Shown piece by piece: positions 1-8,708 of a DNA stretch of 53,433 nt (position 1 is its first letter; the number at the start of each line of letters is the position of its first letter). Made by a program: the position numbers and the translations under genes. The notes under the pieces were generated by a model. The model worked only from the letters and a program-made list of their open reading frames with translations, made no database searches and was not told the DNA's origin. Origin of the DNA: an uncultured Candidatus Saccharibacteria bacterium (GTDB taxonomy: Bacteria > Patescibacteriota > Minisyncoccia > Minisyncoccales > Paceibacteraceae); NCBI GenBank assembly GCA_964459265.1, contig CAYWKA010000003.1, positions 1 through 53,433 on the forward strand, written 5' to 3'.

Positions 1-2
1 TC

Positions 3-11
3 TGGTAAAAT
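3..11 (+). promoter_or_regulatory. Extended -10 promoter-like box TGGTAAAAT ahead of the tRNA-Arg / pilin / tRNA-Lys / rpsO string
   Basis: TGGTAAAAT (TGn + TAAAAT) lies 14 nt before the tRNA 5' end. The identical 9-mer sits just upstream of four other genes (8694, 9564, 33494, 41442). Any -35 would be off the window edge. Confidence 0.4.
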
Positions 12-25
12 ATATAAATGTAACT

Positions 26-97
26 GCCCCCGTGGCGTAATGGATAGCGTGAGGGCCTTCGGAGCCTTAGGTGAGGGTTCGAGTCCTTCCGGGGGCA
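26..97 (+). tRNA. tRNA-Arg (anticodon TCG)
   Basis: 72-nt cloverleaf folded by hand. Acceptor GCCCCCG/CGGGGGC, D-arm GCGT-AATGGATA-GCGT, anticodon stem AGGGC/GCCTT with loop CTTCGGA, T-arm GAGGG-TTCGAGT-CCTTC, discriminator A. No CCA is encoded. Confidence 0.82.
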
Positions 98-107
98 CTC
101 CAAACAT

Positions 108-653
108 ATGAAAAAATTATTTTTAATTATTTTTTTATTAAGCTTATCTCTTCCTTTAACCGCCTCGGCCGGCACTTACATTGCCGTGCATAATGGTACG
201 GCTGAAACAATTTGTTACGAAGGGTTAGTGCCATGCGGCAAAGAAGTTTCTATGGGCGGCAGTTGGGAAAATGGCCAATGCGTCGGAGGCACTGCCATAG
301 ATGCACCTTGTACTTTTTGTCATTTTTTTGTCATGTTGGATGGAATTTTTGATTTTATTTTATTTCAGCTAGTCCCGCCCTTAGCCGTTTTAATGCTGGC
401 CATTGGCGGAATAATGTATATTATGGCCTATTTCAGTGAAGCCGAAACTCTGGTCGGCGGCGCAAAAGGCGGACCGAAAATGTTAAGCCAGGCAAAAAAA
501 TTAATCACTTCCGTAATACTGGGCCTGATTATAATTTATGCTGGCTGGCTCCTGGTAGATTTATTCTTTGATGTAATCGGGGTAGCTGAATGGACCGGTC
601 TAAATCAGGGTTGGTTTTCCATCCAGTGCCAAATAACCATTCCTTCTTTTTAA
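108..653 (+). CDS. Secreted TrbC/VirB2-like T4SS pilin-family protein (CPR type)
   Basis: Signal peptide MKKLFLIIFLLSLSLPLTASA, then a Cys-bearing exposed segment (LVPCG...CTFCHFF). Two hydrophobic helices follow, joined by a short polar loop (...LAIGGIMYIMAYFSEAETLVGGAKGG...LGLIIIYAGWLLV). The same two-helix module heads ORFs 16174 and 19939. Confidence 0.6.
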   Translation: MKKLFLIIFLLSLSLPLTASAGTYIAVHNGTAETICYEGLVPCGKEVSMGGSWENGQCVGGTAIDAPCTFCHFFVMLDGIFDFILFQLVPPLAVLMLAIGGIMYIMAYFSEAETLVGGAKGGPKMLSQAKKLITSVILGLIIIYAGWLLVDLFFDVIGVAEWTGLNQGWFSIQCQITIPSF

Positions 654-660
654 TAGCCTG

Positions 661-733
661 GCCCCCATAGCTTAATTGGTAAAGCACCCGCCTCTTAAGC
701 GGAGGAGTCCAGGTTCGAGTCCTGGTGGGGGCA
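661..733 (+). tRNA. tRNA-Lys (anticodon CTT)
   Basis: 73-nt cloverleaf. Acceptor GCCCCCA/TGGGGGC, D-arm GCTT-AATTGGTA-AAGC, anticodon loop CTCTTAA, T-arm CCAGG-TTCGAGT-CCTGG, discriminator A. One C-A mismatch at 27:43. Confidence 0.82.
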
Positions 734-740
734 CAAATAT

Positions 741-1007
741 ATGTTGGAAAAAGACGAAAAAACAAAAATTATAACAAAATATAAGCTGCATGATTTAGAT
801 ACTGGTTCTCCCGAAGTCCAGATTGCTCTTTTGACTGAAGAAATCAAGGAGCTGCTTTTACATTTAAAGCGACACCCTAAAGATTTTCACTCCAAAAGAG
901 GTCTTTTGAAAATGGTTTCCAAACGAAGAAAACTTTTAAGTTACCTGAAAGAGGAAAGCACCAGAAGATATAACAGTATTATTAAAAAAATAGGTTTAAA
1001 GAAGTAA
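741..1007 (+). CDS. rpsO: 30S ribosomal protein S15
   Basis: 88 aa with S15 hallmarks ([50 protein letters not shown]). Lies upstream of pnp, as is usual. Confidence 0.95.
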   Translation: MLEKDEKTKIITKYKLHDLDTGSPEVQIALLTEEIKELLLHLKRHPKDFHSKRGLLKMVSKRRKLLSYLKEESTRRYNSIIKKIGLKK

Positions 1008-1014
1008 TTTTATT

Positions 1015-1521
1015 ATGTCGATAATCAAACATTCCGGACAGCGAGTAGCTGTTTTAATTGACGTCCAAAATCTTTACCATTCTGCTAAAAACCTCTATGG
1101 AGCTCGGGTTAATTTCCGAGAAATTTTAAAATTAGCGGTTTCCCAAAGAAACTTAATCAGGGCTTTTGCTTACGTAGTCAAAACAAAAACTGGCGAAGAA
1201 AAGCCCTTTTTTGAGGCCTTAACTAAGTTAGGGATTGAAACCAGGGTAAGAGATTTGCAAGAATTCTACGGCGGCCTGAAAAAAGCAGACTGGGACGTGG
1301 GCATTACTATTGACGCTATTAGAATTTCTCCTAACGTAGACGCCATTGTTTTAGCTTCCGGCGATGGAGACTTTCTTCAGTTAGTAGAATTTTTGAAAAA
1401 CCAGGGGAAAAGAGTAGAGGTTATTGCTTTTGGCAGATCAGCTTCCGGCAAGTTAAAAGAAATAGCTGATGAATTCATTGATTTAGAAAAAAACCCAGAG
1501 AAATATTTATTAAAAAAATAA
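1015..1521 (+). CDS. NYN/LabA-like (PIN-related) domain protein, putative RNase
   Basis: RVAVLIDVQNLYHSAK...FAYV...DVGITIDAI...VLASGDGDFLQLVEFLK matches the NYN (DUF88/LabA) acidic-residue pattern. Confidence 0.7.
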   Translation: MSIIKHSGQRVAVLIDVQNLYHSAKNLYGARVNFREILKLAVSQRNLIRAFAYVVKTKTGEEKPFFEALTKLGIETRVRDLQEFYGGLKKADWDVGITIDAIRISPNVDAIVLASGDGDFLQLVEFLKNQGKRVEVIAFGRSASGKLKEIADEFIDLEKNPEKYLLKK

Positions 1522-1526
1522 GAAGA

Positions 1527-3641
1527 ATGGCTACTAATGAATTTAAACTAAATCTCAATGGTAGAGAATTAAAAATCGAGCTGAGAAACTTAGCCGAGCA
1601 GGCCTCAGGTTCCTGTTTGGTACAATACGGAGATACCTTAGTTTTAACTACGGCGGTAATTTCCAAGCATGACAGAGAAGGAGTAGATTTTTTCCCTTTA
1701 ACTGTAGAGTATGAAGAAAGATATTATGCCGCTGGTAAAATTTTGGGCTCCCGCTATATCAGAAGAGAAAGCCGTCCTTCAGACGAAGCTATTATAACTG
1801 CCAGGCTAATTGACAGAGCTATCAGACCAAGGTTTCCCCAAGGAATAAAAAAAGAAGTGCAGGTAGTAGCTACCTGTCTTTCTTGGGACAGAGAAAACGA
1901 CCCTGATATTATTGGTTTAATCGGAGCTTCTACCGCTCTCTCTATTTCAGAAATTCCTTGGGCTGGTCCCTTAGGAGTAGTCAGGGTGGGTCAAATCGAT
2001 GGAAAACTTATCTTGAACCCTACTTACGAACAGAGAGGGCAAAGTAATTTAGATTTAGTTTTTGCCGGTGTAAAGGAAGATAACGATATTTTAATTAATA
2101 TGATAGAAGGAGAAGGACAAGAAGTACCAGAAGAAACTATTTTAAAAGCGGTGGAATTCGCCAAACCTTATCTGAAAGAGTTAATTAATTTTCAAAAAGA
2201 TATCTCTAAAAACGCCAGTAAAGAAAAGATTTTATTAGAAGCAGCTCCGACTGATTTAGAATTAGAAAAAGACATAAAAGATTTCTTGGGCAAAAGATTA
2301 GAGAAATCCCTTTATCGGGAAAATAAAATTGAAAGGATGGAAGGGGTAAACGAGCTCAAAGAAGAGCTAGTCTATTATGTTGAAGGAAAATACCCCAGCG
2401 AAGGAAAAGGTGAATACGCTAAAGAATTTTTTGAAAAAGAAATTGACAGATTAGTTCATACCAACATTATTCAATCAAAAAAAAGACCCGATGGAAGAAA
2501 ATTAGACGAAATCAGACCTCTTCATTGTGAGGCCGGCCTTTTACCCAGAACCCATGGTTCTGGCCTTTTTATTAGAGGCCAAACCAAAGCTCTTTCTATT
2601 TTGACCTTGGGGGCGCCGGGAGATGTCAGATTAATGGAAGGCATGGAAATAGTGGGTCGAAAAAGATTTATGCACCATTATAATTTCCCTCCTTACAGTG
2701 CCGGGGAAATAAAACCAATGAGGGGACCGGGCCGAAGAGAAATTGGTCATGGGATGTTAACAGAAAAAGCTCTTATTCCTTTAATTCCCAGTTCTGATGA
2801 ATTTCCTTATACTATTAGAGTGGTTACGGAAATTCTCTCTTCTAACGGCTCTACTTCCATGGCTTCAGTTTCTTCTTCGGCTATAGCCCTAATGGATGCT
2901 GGCGTGCCAATAAAAAAGCCAGCAGCCGGTATTGCTTTGGGGTTAATGCAGGATGGGAAAGGTAATTATCAAATTCTAACTGACATTCAAGGACCTGAAG
3001 ACCATCACGGGGACATGGATTTTAAAGCGGCTGGGACAAAAGACGGCATCACCGCTATCCAGATGGATGTTAAAATAAAAGGGGTAAATGAAAAAATTCT
3101 TAAAGAAGCTTTAGAACAAGGGAAAAAAGCCAGATTAGCAATTTTAAATGAAATAAAAAAAGTTCTTGACAGGCCACGGCCAGAATTGTCACCTTATGCT
3201 CCCAGAATTTTGACTATTCAGATTAATCCGGAAAAAATTAGAGAAGTGATTGGCCCAGGAGGAAAAATTATTAATGAAATTATTGAGGAATGCGGAGTTT
3301 CCATAGACATTGAAGACACCGGTAAAGTTTTTGTTACAGCGGAAAAGGAAGAAGCAGCCCAAAAAGCTATTGCCTGGATAAAAAATATTACCAGAGAAGC
3401 CAAAGTAGGGGAGATCTTTCAAGGCCGGGTAACTAGAATTTTAGATTTCGGAGCTTTTGTGGAAATCCTGCCTGGCCAAGAAGGACTAATTCATATTTCT
3501 CAACTGGCTCCTTACCGAGTAAGAAAAGTGGAGGATGTAGTTAAAGTAGGAGAGATTGTACCAGTTAAAGTTATTTCTATCGATGAGCAAGGAAGAATAA
3601 ATCTTTCCTTAAAAGCAGTTAGAGAAAAACCTACATCTTAA
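1527..3641 (+). CDS. pnp: Polyribonucleotide nucleotidyltransferase (PNPase)
   Basis: 704 aa with two RNase PH-like halves (NFPPYSAGE..., GSTSMASV), then KH (IREVIGPGGKIINEI) and S1 (GEIFQGRVTRILDFGAFVEI) domains. Confidence 0.97.
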   Translation: MATNEFKLNLNGRELKIELRNLAEQASGSCLVQYGDTLVLTTAVISKHDREGVDFFPLTVEYEERYYAAGKILGSRYIRRESRPSDEAIITARLIDRAIRPRFPQGIKKEVQVVATCLSWDRENDPDIIGLIGASTALSISEIPWAGPLGVVRVGQIDGKLILNPTYEQRGQSNLDLVFAGVKEDNDILINMIEGEGQEVPEETILKAVEFAKPYLKELINFQKDISKNASKEKILLEAAPTDLELEKDIKDFLGKRLEKSLYRENKIERMEGVNELKEELVYYVEGKYPSEGKGEYAKEFFEKEIDRLVHTNIIQSKKRPDGRKLDEIRPLHCEAGLLPRTHGSGLFIRGQTKALSILTLGAPGDVRLMEGMEIVGRKRFMHHYNFPPYSAGEIKPMRGPGRREIGHGMLTEKALIPLIPSSDEFPYTIRVVTEILSSNGSTSMASVSSSAIALMDAGVPIKKPAAGIALGLMQDGKGNYQILTDIQGPEDHHGDMDFKAAGTKDGITAIQMDVKIKGVNEKILKEALEQGKKARLAILNEIKKVLDRPRPELSPYAPRILTIQINPEKIREVIGPGGKIINEIIEECGVSIDIEDTGKVFVTAEKEEAAQKAIAWIKNITREAKVGEIFQGRVTRILDFGAFVEILPGQEGLIHISQLAPYRVRKVEDVVKVGEIVPVKVISIDEQGRINLSLKAVREKPTS

Positions 3642-3657
3642 CTCCCGAAAAATCCTA

Positions 3658-5589
3658 ATGGCCCAAAATTCAAATCCGAGAGAAAAAGAAAAGGAAAAAT
3701 TAGAATTCCTTAAACGGGAAGAAATTAGGACAATGGCAAAAGACGTTGCCAAGCTAAGAGAAAGGGAAGCTCAAAAAGAAAGAGAAAAAGTAGCTGCCCT
3801 AAGCCCCGAGGAAAGAGAAAAACCTCCTCGACCATTAGCACCGGAGAAAGCTCCAGAAAAAGTTGAAAAAGTTCTCTTAGATACCTTAATTCCTAAAAAA
3901 CCTCCTCCTAAGCCTTCTTCAATCATAAAAATCCTAGTCAGAATAGGGGTTGTTTTAGTTTCTCTTTCGTTGATAGGTTTTGTTTACTGGTTTTTTGCAG
4001 TAAGACAGCCGGAAGAAATAACTCTCCCACCGGCAGGGGAAGAAGAGGAAGAACAAGAAAAAGAGGAAGAAGAAAAACCCGAAATAATTATTCCTGCTCC
4101 TTTAATTTCGGTAACTGAAACCCGTACCCCAGAAATTACTAAAATAGCAGAAATTCCCGAAATGTTTAATCAACTTATGAAAGAAGAAATACCGGAAGAA
4201 AGTTTAATCCAAATAGTATTTAAAAACTTAGAAGAAAAGCAAGTAGCCACCTTAGAAGACTTAGCTTCAGCTTACCAAGTGGAGGTTCCCTCAGGGTTTT
4301 ATCAAAAAATAGAAGAAAACTATACTCTTTTAACTTTCAGTCAAAAAGAAGGAGATAGAGTGGTTTTGGTGACAAAAGTAAAAGATAAAGAAGGGTTGAT
4401 AGATATATTTAAAACTTGGGAAGATAAAATAGTCAAAGAAGGGATTTGGATTTCTGGCAGAAAAATCCCTACCTTGGTTTCTTATTTCAGAACTGCTTCC
4501 GTGCAAGGGGTGGGCATTCGCTACTTAACCATTTCTAAACAGGATTTGGGAATTTGTTATGCCCAATTTGATGACTATTTCCTTTTTAGTAATTCTTTTC
4601 AAGGCATGGAAAGAGCGATTGAAGCGATTAGAGCTCAAGAGTTAGAAAAAAAAGTTGGTCAATTATTTATCATTGGCTTTGAAGGAACCACTATCACTTC
4701 GGAATTAGAAGAGATATTTAAAAAATATAGACCGGGTGGCGTACTTTTACTTTCCCAGAATATTGAAAATGCTGAGCAGTTAAAGAGTTTAATTGCCGGA
4801 CTTCAAGCACTTTCTTTGGAAGAAACCGGACTTCCTCTTTTAGTAGCTGCTGACCAAGAAGGAGGAGTTATCTCCCGAATTGGCTTTCTGCAAGAAAAAA
4901 CCGCTCAGTCAGAAATAAAAAGCCTTGAACAGGCCTACCAAGTAGGTCTAAATCGGGGGACGGAATTAAAGGATTTAGGAGTGAACTTAAATTTAGCTCC
5001 TCTTTTAGATTTGGCTGATGAAGAAGATTTTATCTTTAGCCGTTCTTTTCAAAAGCTAGCTACTGAAACCGGCCTTTTAGCTAAATCTCTGATTTTAGGT
5101 CAAAAAGCAGCCGGAATCTTAACTGCTATGAAACATTTCCCGGGTTACGGTGGAGTCATTTCTCATCCTGAAGACGAACTAGCGGTACTAGAAGCCCTTC
5201 CAGAAATATCTCAATTTGAAAAAGCTGCCGAAGCTAATCCCGAGTTGATAATGACAGCCAATGTTGTTTATAAAACCTTTGATTCTTTATTGCCTTTTAC
5301 TTTTTCTTCTCAGGCCATTCAATTTCTAAAAAATAATACTAATCCAGGAATTCTTGTTGTTTCTGATGATTTAGCTCAAGATTCTTTATTAAATAATTTT
5401 AATTTGAAAGAGACCGTAACCAAACCGATAGAAGCCGGGGTAGATATTTTAATTTTTTCTGGCTGGGACATAGAAACGACCCAAGGACTGGAAGCTTTTT
5501 ACCAGGCCTTCAAAAACGGAGAAGTTTCTAAGACACAGGTGGAGGCCGCTCTTTCCAGAATTATTCAATTAAAACAAAGCTTATTATAA
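3658..5589 (+). CDS. Membrane-anchored glycoside hydrolase family 3 (NagZ-like beta-N-acetylhexosaminidase) with a long charged N-terminal extension
   Basis: Lys/Glu/Pro-rich N-terminus and one TM helix (ILVRIGVVLVSLSLIGFVYWFF). The C-terminal half carries GH3 motifs (GQLFIIGFEG, LLVAADQEGG, MKHFPGYGG). Confidence 0.8.
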   Translation: MAQNSNPREKEKEKLEFLKREEIRTMAKDVAKLREREAQKEREKVAALSPEEREKPPRPLAPEKAPEKVEKVLLDTLIPKKPPPKPSSIIKILVRIGVVLVSLSLIGFVYWFFAVRQPEEITLPPAGEEEEEQEKEEEEKPEIIIPAPLISVTETRTPEITKIAEIPEMFNQLMKEEIPEESLIQIVFKNLEEKQVATLEDLASAYQVEVPSGFYQKIEENYTLLTFSQKEGDRVVLVTKVKDKEGLIDIFKTWEDKIVKEGIWISGRKIPTLVSYFRTASVQGVGIRYLTISKQDLGICYAQFDDYFLFSNSFQGMERAIEAIRAQELEKKVGQLFIIGFEGTTITSELEEIFKKYRPGGVLLLSQNIENAEQLKSLIAGLQALSLEETGLPLLVAADQEGGVISRIGFLQEKTAQSEIKSLEQAYQVGLNRGTELKDLGVNLNLAPLLDLADEEDFIFSRSFQKLATETGLLAKSLILGQKAAGILTAMKHFPGYGGVISHPEDELAVLEALPEISQFEKAAEANPELIMTANVVYKTFDSLLPFTFSSQAIQFLKNNTNPGILVVSDDLAQDSLLNNFNLKETVTKPIEAGVDILIFSGWDIETTQGLEAFYQAFKNGEVSKTQVEAALSRIIQLKQSLL

Positions 5590-5594
5590 TAAAA

Positions 5595-5963
5595 ATGAAC
5601 CAAAAATTACTTAAAGAAATAAAAGAAAAATTAGAGAAAGAAAAAATTAATTTAGAAAAAGAGTTAGAAAAATTTGCCAAAAAAGATGGAAAGCTTAAAG
5701 GAGATTGGGATACCCGTTTTCCTCACTGGAATGGCGATTCCGGCTCCTCAGCCCTGGAAAGAGCAGCTGACGAAGTGGAGGAATACAGCACTCTTTTACC
5801 GATTGAATATAATCTGGAATTAAGGTTAAAAAATATCAATCTAGCCCTAGAAAAGATTAAAAAGGGTCAATACGGGATTTGCGAAAATTGCGGCAAAAAG
5901 ATTGATGAAAAAAGATTGAAGGTTCACCCGGAGGCCCGTTTTTGCGTTAAGTGTAAACAATAA
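5595..5963 (+). CDS. DksA/TraR-family C4 zinc-finger protein
   Basis: Coiled-coil N-terminus and C-terminal CENCGKKIDEKRLKVHPEARFCVKC four-Cys finger. Confidence 0.8.
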   Translation: MNQKLLKEIKEKLEKEKINLEKELEKFAKKDGKLKGDWDTRFPHWNGDSGSSALERAADEVEEYSTLLPIEYNLELRLKNINLALEKIKKGQYGICENCGKKIDEKRLKVHPEARFCVKCKQ

Positions 5964-5971
5964 ATTAAAAT

Positions 5972-7522
5972 ATGCCTGCAAAAGTTTTCTCGGCAGCTAA
6001 TGTCGGCTTAGATGCCCAAATTATTGAAGTGGAAGTAGATGCCTCATATGGATTGAGGCATTTTGAAATTGTGGGGCTGCCTGATAAAGCAGTTCAGGAA
6101 TCCAAAGAAAGAGTAGGAGCAGCTATTAAAAGTTCCGGGTATCAGTCCCCTTACCAGCAACCGGTCCGGGTTTTGGTCTCTTTGGCTCCTGCTGACCTGA
6201 AAAAAGAGGGCTCTCTTTACGACCTTCCTATCTCTTTGGGTTTTCTTTCTGCCTCAAAACAAATAAATTTTAGCTCTCAAGGTCGGCTTTTGATTGGTGA
6301 ATTAGCTTTAGATGGAAAGTTAAGACCGGTTAAGGGAGTATTATCTTTTTCTCAAATTGTTAAAAAAGAAGGCTGGTCAGAAATAATTTTACCAAAAGAA
6401 AATGTTGGAGAAGCAGCTTTAATTAAAGGAGTAAAAGTAATCGGAGTAGAAAACTTAAGAGAAGCAATTGAGTACCTGGAAGGGAAAATTCAAATCTCCC
6501 CTTTTGAAATAAAAATAGAAAATTTTTTAAAAGACGGGGTGGCTGGTGGGTGGCGTCCAGTAGACTTAGCTTGGATTCACGGTCAAGAATCAGCTAAAAG
6601 AACTCTGGAAATTGTGGCAGCCGGTTCTCATAATTTATTGATGCAGGGACCTCCGGGAGCGGGAAAATCTTTATTAGCTAAAGCCCTTCCTTCTATTTTA
6701 CCTAAACTCTCTTTTGGAGAAGCTCTGGAAGTAACCAAAATTTATAGTATTGCCGGCCTTCTCCCAAAAGACTGTAACCCGCCCACCACCCCATTAATTA
6801 CTCTCAGACCTTTTCGTTCTCCCCACCACACCTCTTCTGAAGTGGCACTAATTGGCGGTGGAAATCCGCCAAGGCCGGGTGAAATTACTTTAGCTCATCG
6901 GGGAGTTTTATTTTTAGACGAGTTTCCGGAGTTTCATCGCGATGTTTTGGAAAGCTTGAGACAGCCGATAGAAGAGGGAAGAATTACTATTTTAAGAGCT
7001 AAGCATTTTCTCACTTTGCCGGCTCGCTTTACTCTGGTAGCGGCCAGTAATCCTTGTCCTTGCGGATTTCACGGTGACCCAGAAAAAGAGTGCCGTTGCA
7101 CTAATTCCCAAATTCAAAAATACCAAAGAAAGCTTTCCGGTCCCTTGATGGATAGAATTGATATTTTCATTAATGTCCCCCAGATAAAATATGAAAAACT
7201 AGTAGCGGCTGATGAAGAAAATATCAGCTTAAAAATCAGGGAGAAGGTAGAGAAAGCCAGAAAGATTCAAAAAGAAAGATTCAAAAACGAAAGGATTTTA
7301 ACTAATTCTGAAATGGAGGTTCCTCAAATTAAAAAATACTGCCAAATTGACAGTAAATCAGGAGCCCTTCTAAGAAACTATGTGAATTCGGGTCAGCTCT
7401 CAGCCAGAGGATATCACCGAGTGTTAAAAGTGGCTCGGACTATTGCTGATTTAGAAACCTCAGAAAATATATCTTTCGAACATCTCTCGGAGGCCTTAAT
7501 GTACCGCTTAAGAGAAACCTAA
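5972..7522 (+). CDS. comM: YifB/ComM-family Mg-chelatase-like AAA+ ATPase
   Basis: N-terminal Lon-protease-like domain, Walker A GPPGAGKS, Walker B VLFLDEFPEF, Cys cluster CPCGFHGDPEKECRC, and the typical C-terminal GYHRVLKVARTIADL. Confidence 0.93.
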   Translation: MPAKVFSAANVGLDAQIIEVEVDASYGLRHFEIVGLPDKAVQESKERVGAAIKSSGYQSPYQQPVRVLVSLAPADLKKEGSLYDLPISLGFLSASKQINFSSQGRLLIGELALDGKLRPVKGVLSFSQIVKKEGWSEIILPKENVGEAALIKGVKVIGVENLREAIEYLEGKIQISPFEIKIENFLKDGVAGGWRPVDLAWIHGQESAKRTLEIVAAGSHNLLMQGPPGAGKSLLAKALPSILPKLSFGEALEVTKIYSIAGLLPKDCNPPTTPLITLRPFRSPHHTSSEVALIGGGNPPRPGEITLAHRGVLFLDEFPEFHRDVLESLRQPIEEGRITILRAKHFLTLPARFTLVAASNPCPCGFHGDPEKECRCTNSQIQKYQRKLSGPLMDRIDIFINVPQIKYEKLVAADEENISLKIREKVEKARKIQKERFKNERILTNSEMEVPQIKKYCQIDSKSGALLRNYVNSGQLSARGYHRVLKVARTIADLETSENISFEHLSEALMYRLRET

Positions 7523-8550
7523 TATATGTATCCTTTAATTGAAGAGGAGCCTACTCTTAAAGTTCTATAATTCATTCTACCCAGCCCGATATAATTCATC
7601 TCCGAGAAAACTACTTTATCTCCTTTTACTTCCTCTACATAACCCACGTGGCCATAATATCTATTTCCGGAAAGAGATATGACCGATCCCACTTGGGGAA
7701 TACAATAGCTTCCTTTACAAACTGCGTAGCCTGACCGAATGGCGTTATTTAACCAATCTTTGGCATGACCCCAAGCTGGAATTGGTCTTTTTTGGGCAAC
7801 CCACCAGGTGCATTGTCCCCAAGGGAAAGCGTGGGATTGACCATAAAAATTGTTGGTAGAGGACCCGACAGAGGCGGCGGGAGTTTGAACAATTGAGACT
7901 GAAGGTAATTTCCCGTCAGGAATAATCAAAACCTCATTAATCACAATATCTCCTGCGCCAGAAAGATCATTAAATTCAATAACTTTTTCTGCATCAGTTT
8001 TATATTTTTCAGCCAAACTACCCACCGTATCTCCTTCTTTAACTAAGTGCATCACTCCCGTAACCGGTAAAATAAGAAGTTTCTGACCGGGCTGAATTAA
8101 TAAACTTTTCATGTCGTTGGCCCAAAGAATAGTGTCCAAAGAGATATCAAAACGAGCCGCAATGGCCCATAAGCTATCTCCTTCTTCTACAATATATTCA
8201 GTAATTTCTTTTCTTTCGGCAATATCACCCTCTCCCATCCACATCCCTAAAACCTGAGAGGTAATGACTACCGGTGGAGATACTGCTTTCAAGCTAGAAT
8301 TTTCAACGAAAAGAAAGTCGGGTGAGTCCAAGGAGGAGTTTTTAACCGGTCCAATAAAAGGCTCTTTAGGAAAACTCTCTTCCAACAAAGAAAAAATCCC
8401 TTGAACATTGAGGGAAATTGAAGATAGGCCAGGACCGGTAGAGACTATACTAAGCAAAATAACTGCCGTAATTCCTAAATAAAGGAAGGGGTCTCTGGAA
8501 GATCCCTTTATTTTTTTAAAATATCTCTTAAATGTAAAATAAGGCGACAT
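7519..8550 (-). CDS. Membrane-anchored LysM-LysM-CHAP peptidoglycan hydrolase
   Basis: N-terminal TM helix and two LysM repeats (YIVEEGDSLWAIAARFDISLDTILWANDM; HLVKEGDTVGSLAEKYKTDAEKVIEFNDL). C-terminal CHAP motifs are FPWGQCTWWV ... GHVGYVEEV. Confidence 0.85.
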   Translation of the reverse strand: MSPYFTFKRYFKKIKGSSRDPFLYLGITAVILLSIVSTGPGLSSISLNVQGIFSLLEESFPKEPFIGPVKNSSLDSPDFLFVENSSLKAVSPPVVITSQVLGMWMGEGDIAERKEITEYIVEEGDSLWAIAARFDISLDTILWANDMKSLLIQPGQKLLILPVTGVMHLVKEGDTVGSLAEKYKTDAEKVIEFNDLSGAGDIVINEVLIIPDGKLPSVSIVQTPAASVGSSTNNFYGQSHAFPWGQCTWWVAQKRPIPAWGHAKDWLNNAIRSGYAVCKGSYCIPQVGSVISLSGNRYYGHVGYVEEVKGDKVVFSEMNYIGLGRMNYRTLRVGSSSIKGYIY

Positions 8551-8693
8551 TTGATACCTTTTTTGATTTTCTCAAGAGCATCAGAAAAAGTCAAGCCCTC
8601 ACACCAAACGAGGAATAATTTCATTAATTAGCATTTAGTGCTTTCCTCGTTGTGATGTAAGGCAAGAGCTTTTCCCACAGGGTTAAAAATGTA

Positions 8694-8702
8694 TGGTAAA
8701 AT
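8694..8702 (+). promoter_or_regulatory. Extended -10 box TGGTAAAAT, 6 nt before the rsmA ATG (leaderless-type arrangement)
   Basis: TGGTAAAAT at 8694-8702 and ATG at 8709. No Shine-Dalgarno sequence in between (AATTTA). Confidence 0.45.
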
Positions 8703-8708
8703 AATTTA

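Noticed and set aside
108-653. The pilin gene flanked by two tRNAs as a possible tRNA-targeted genomic islet
   Set aside because: There is no integrase and no direct repeat of a tRNA 3' end. The spacers are only 7-10 nt. The arrangement looks like a compact operon rather than an insertion.
529-765. 78-aa minus-strand ORF spanning the pilin 3' end and tRNA-Lys
   Set aside because: It overlaps a well-formed tRNA and a better plus-strand CDS. Its sequence is largely the antisense of the tRNA. Treated as spurious.
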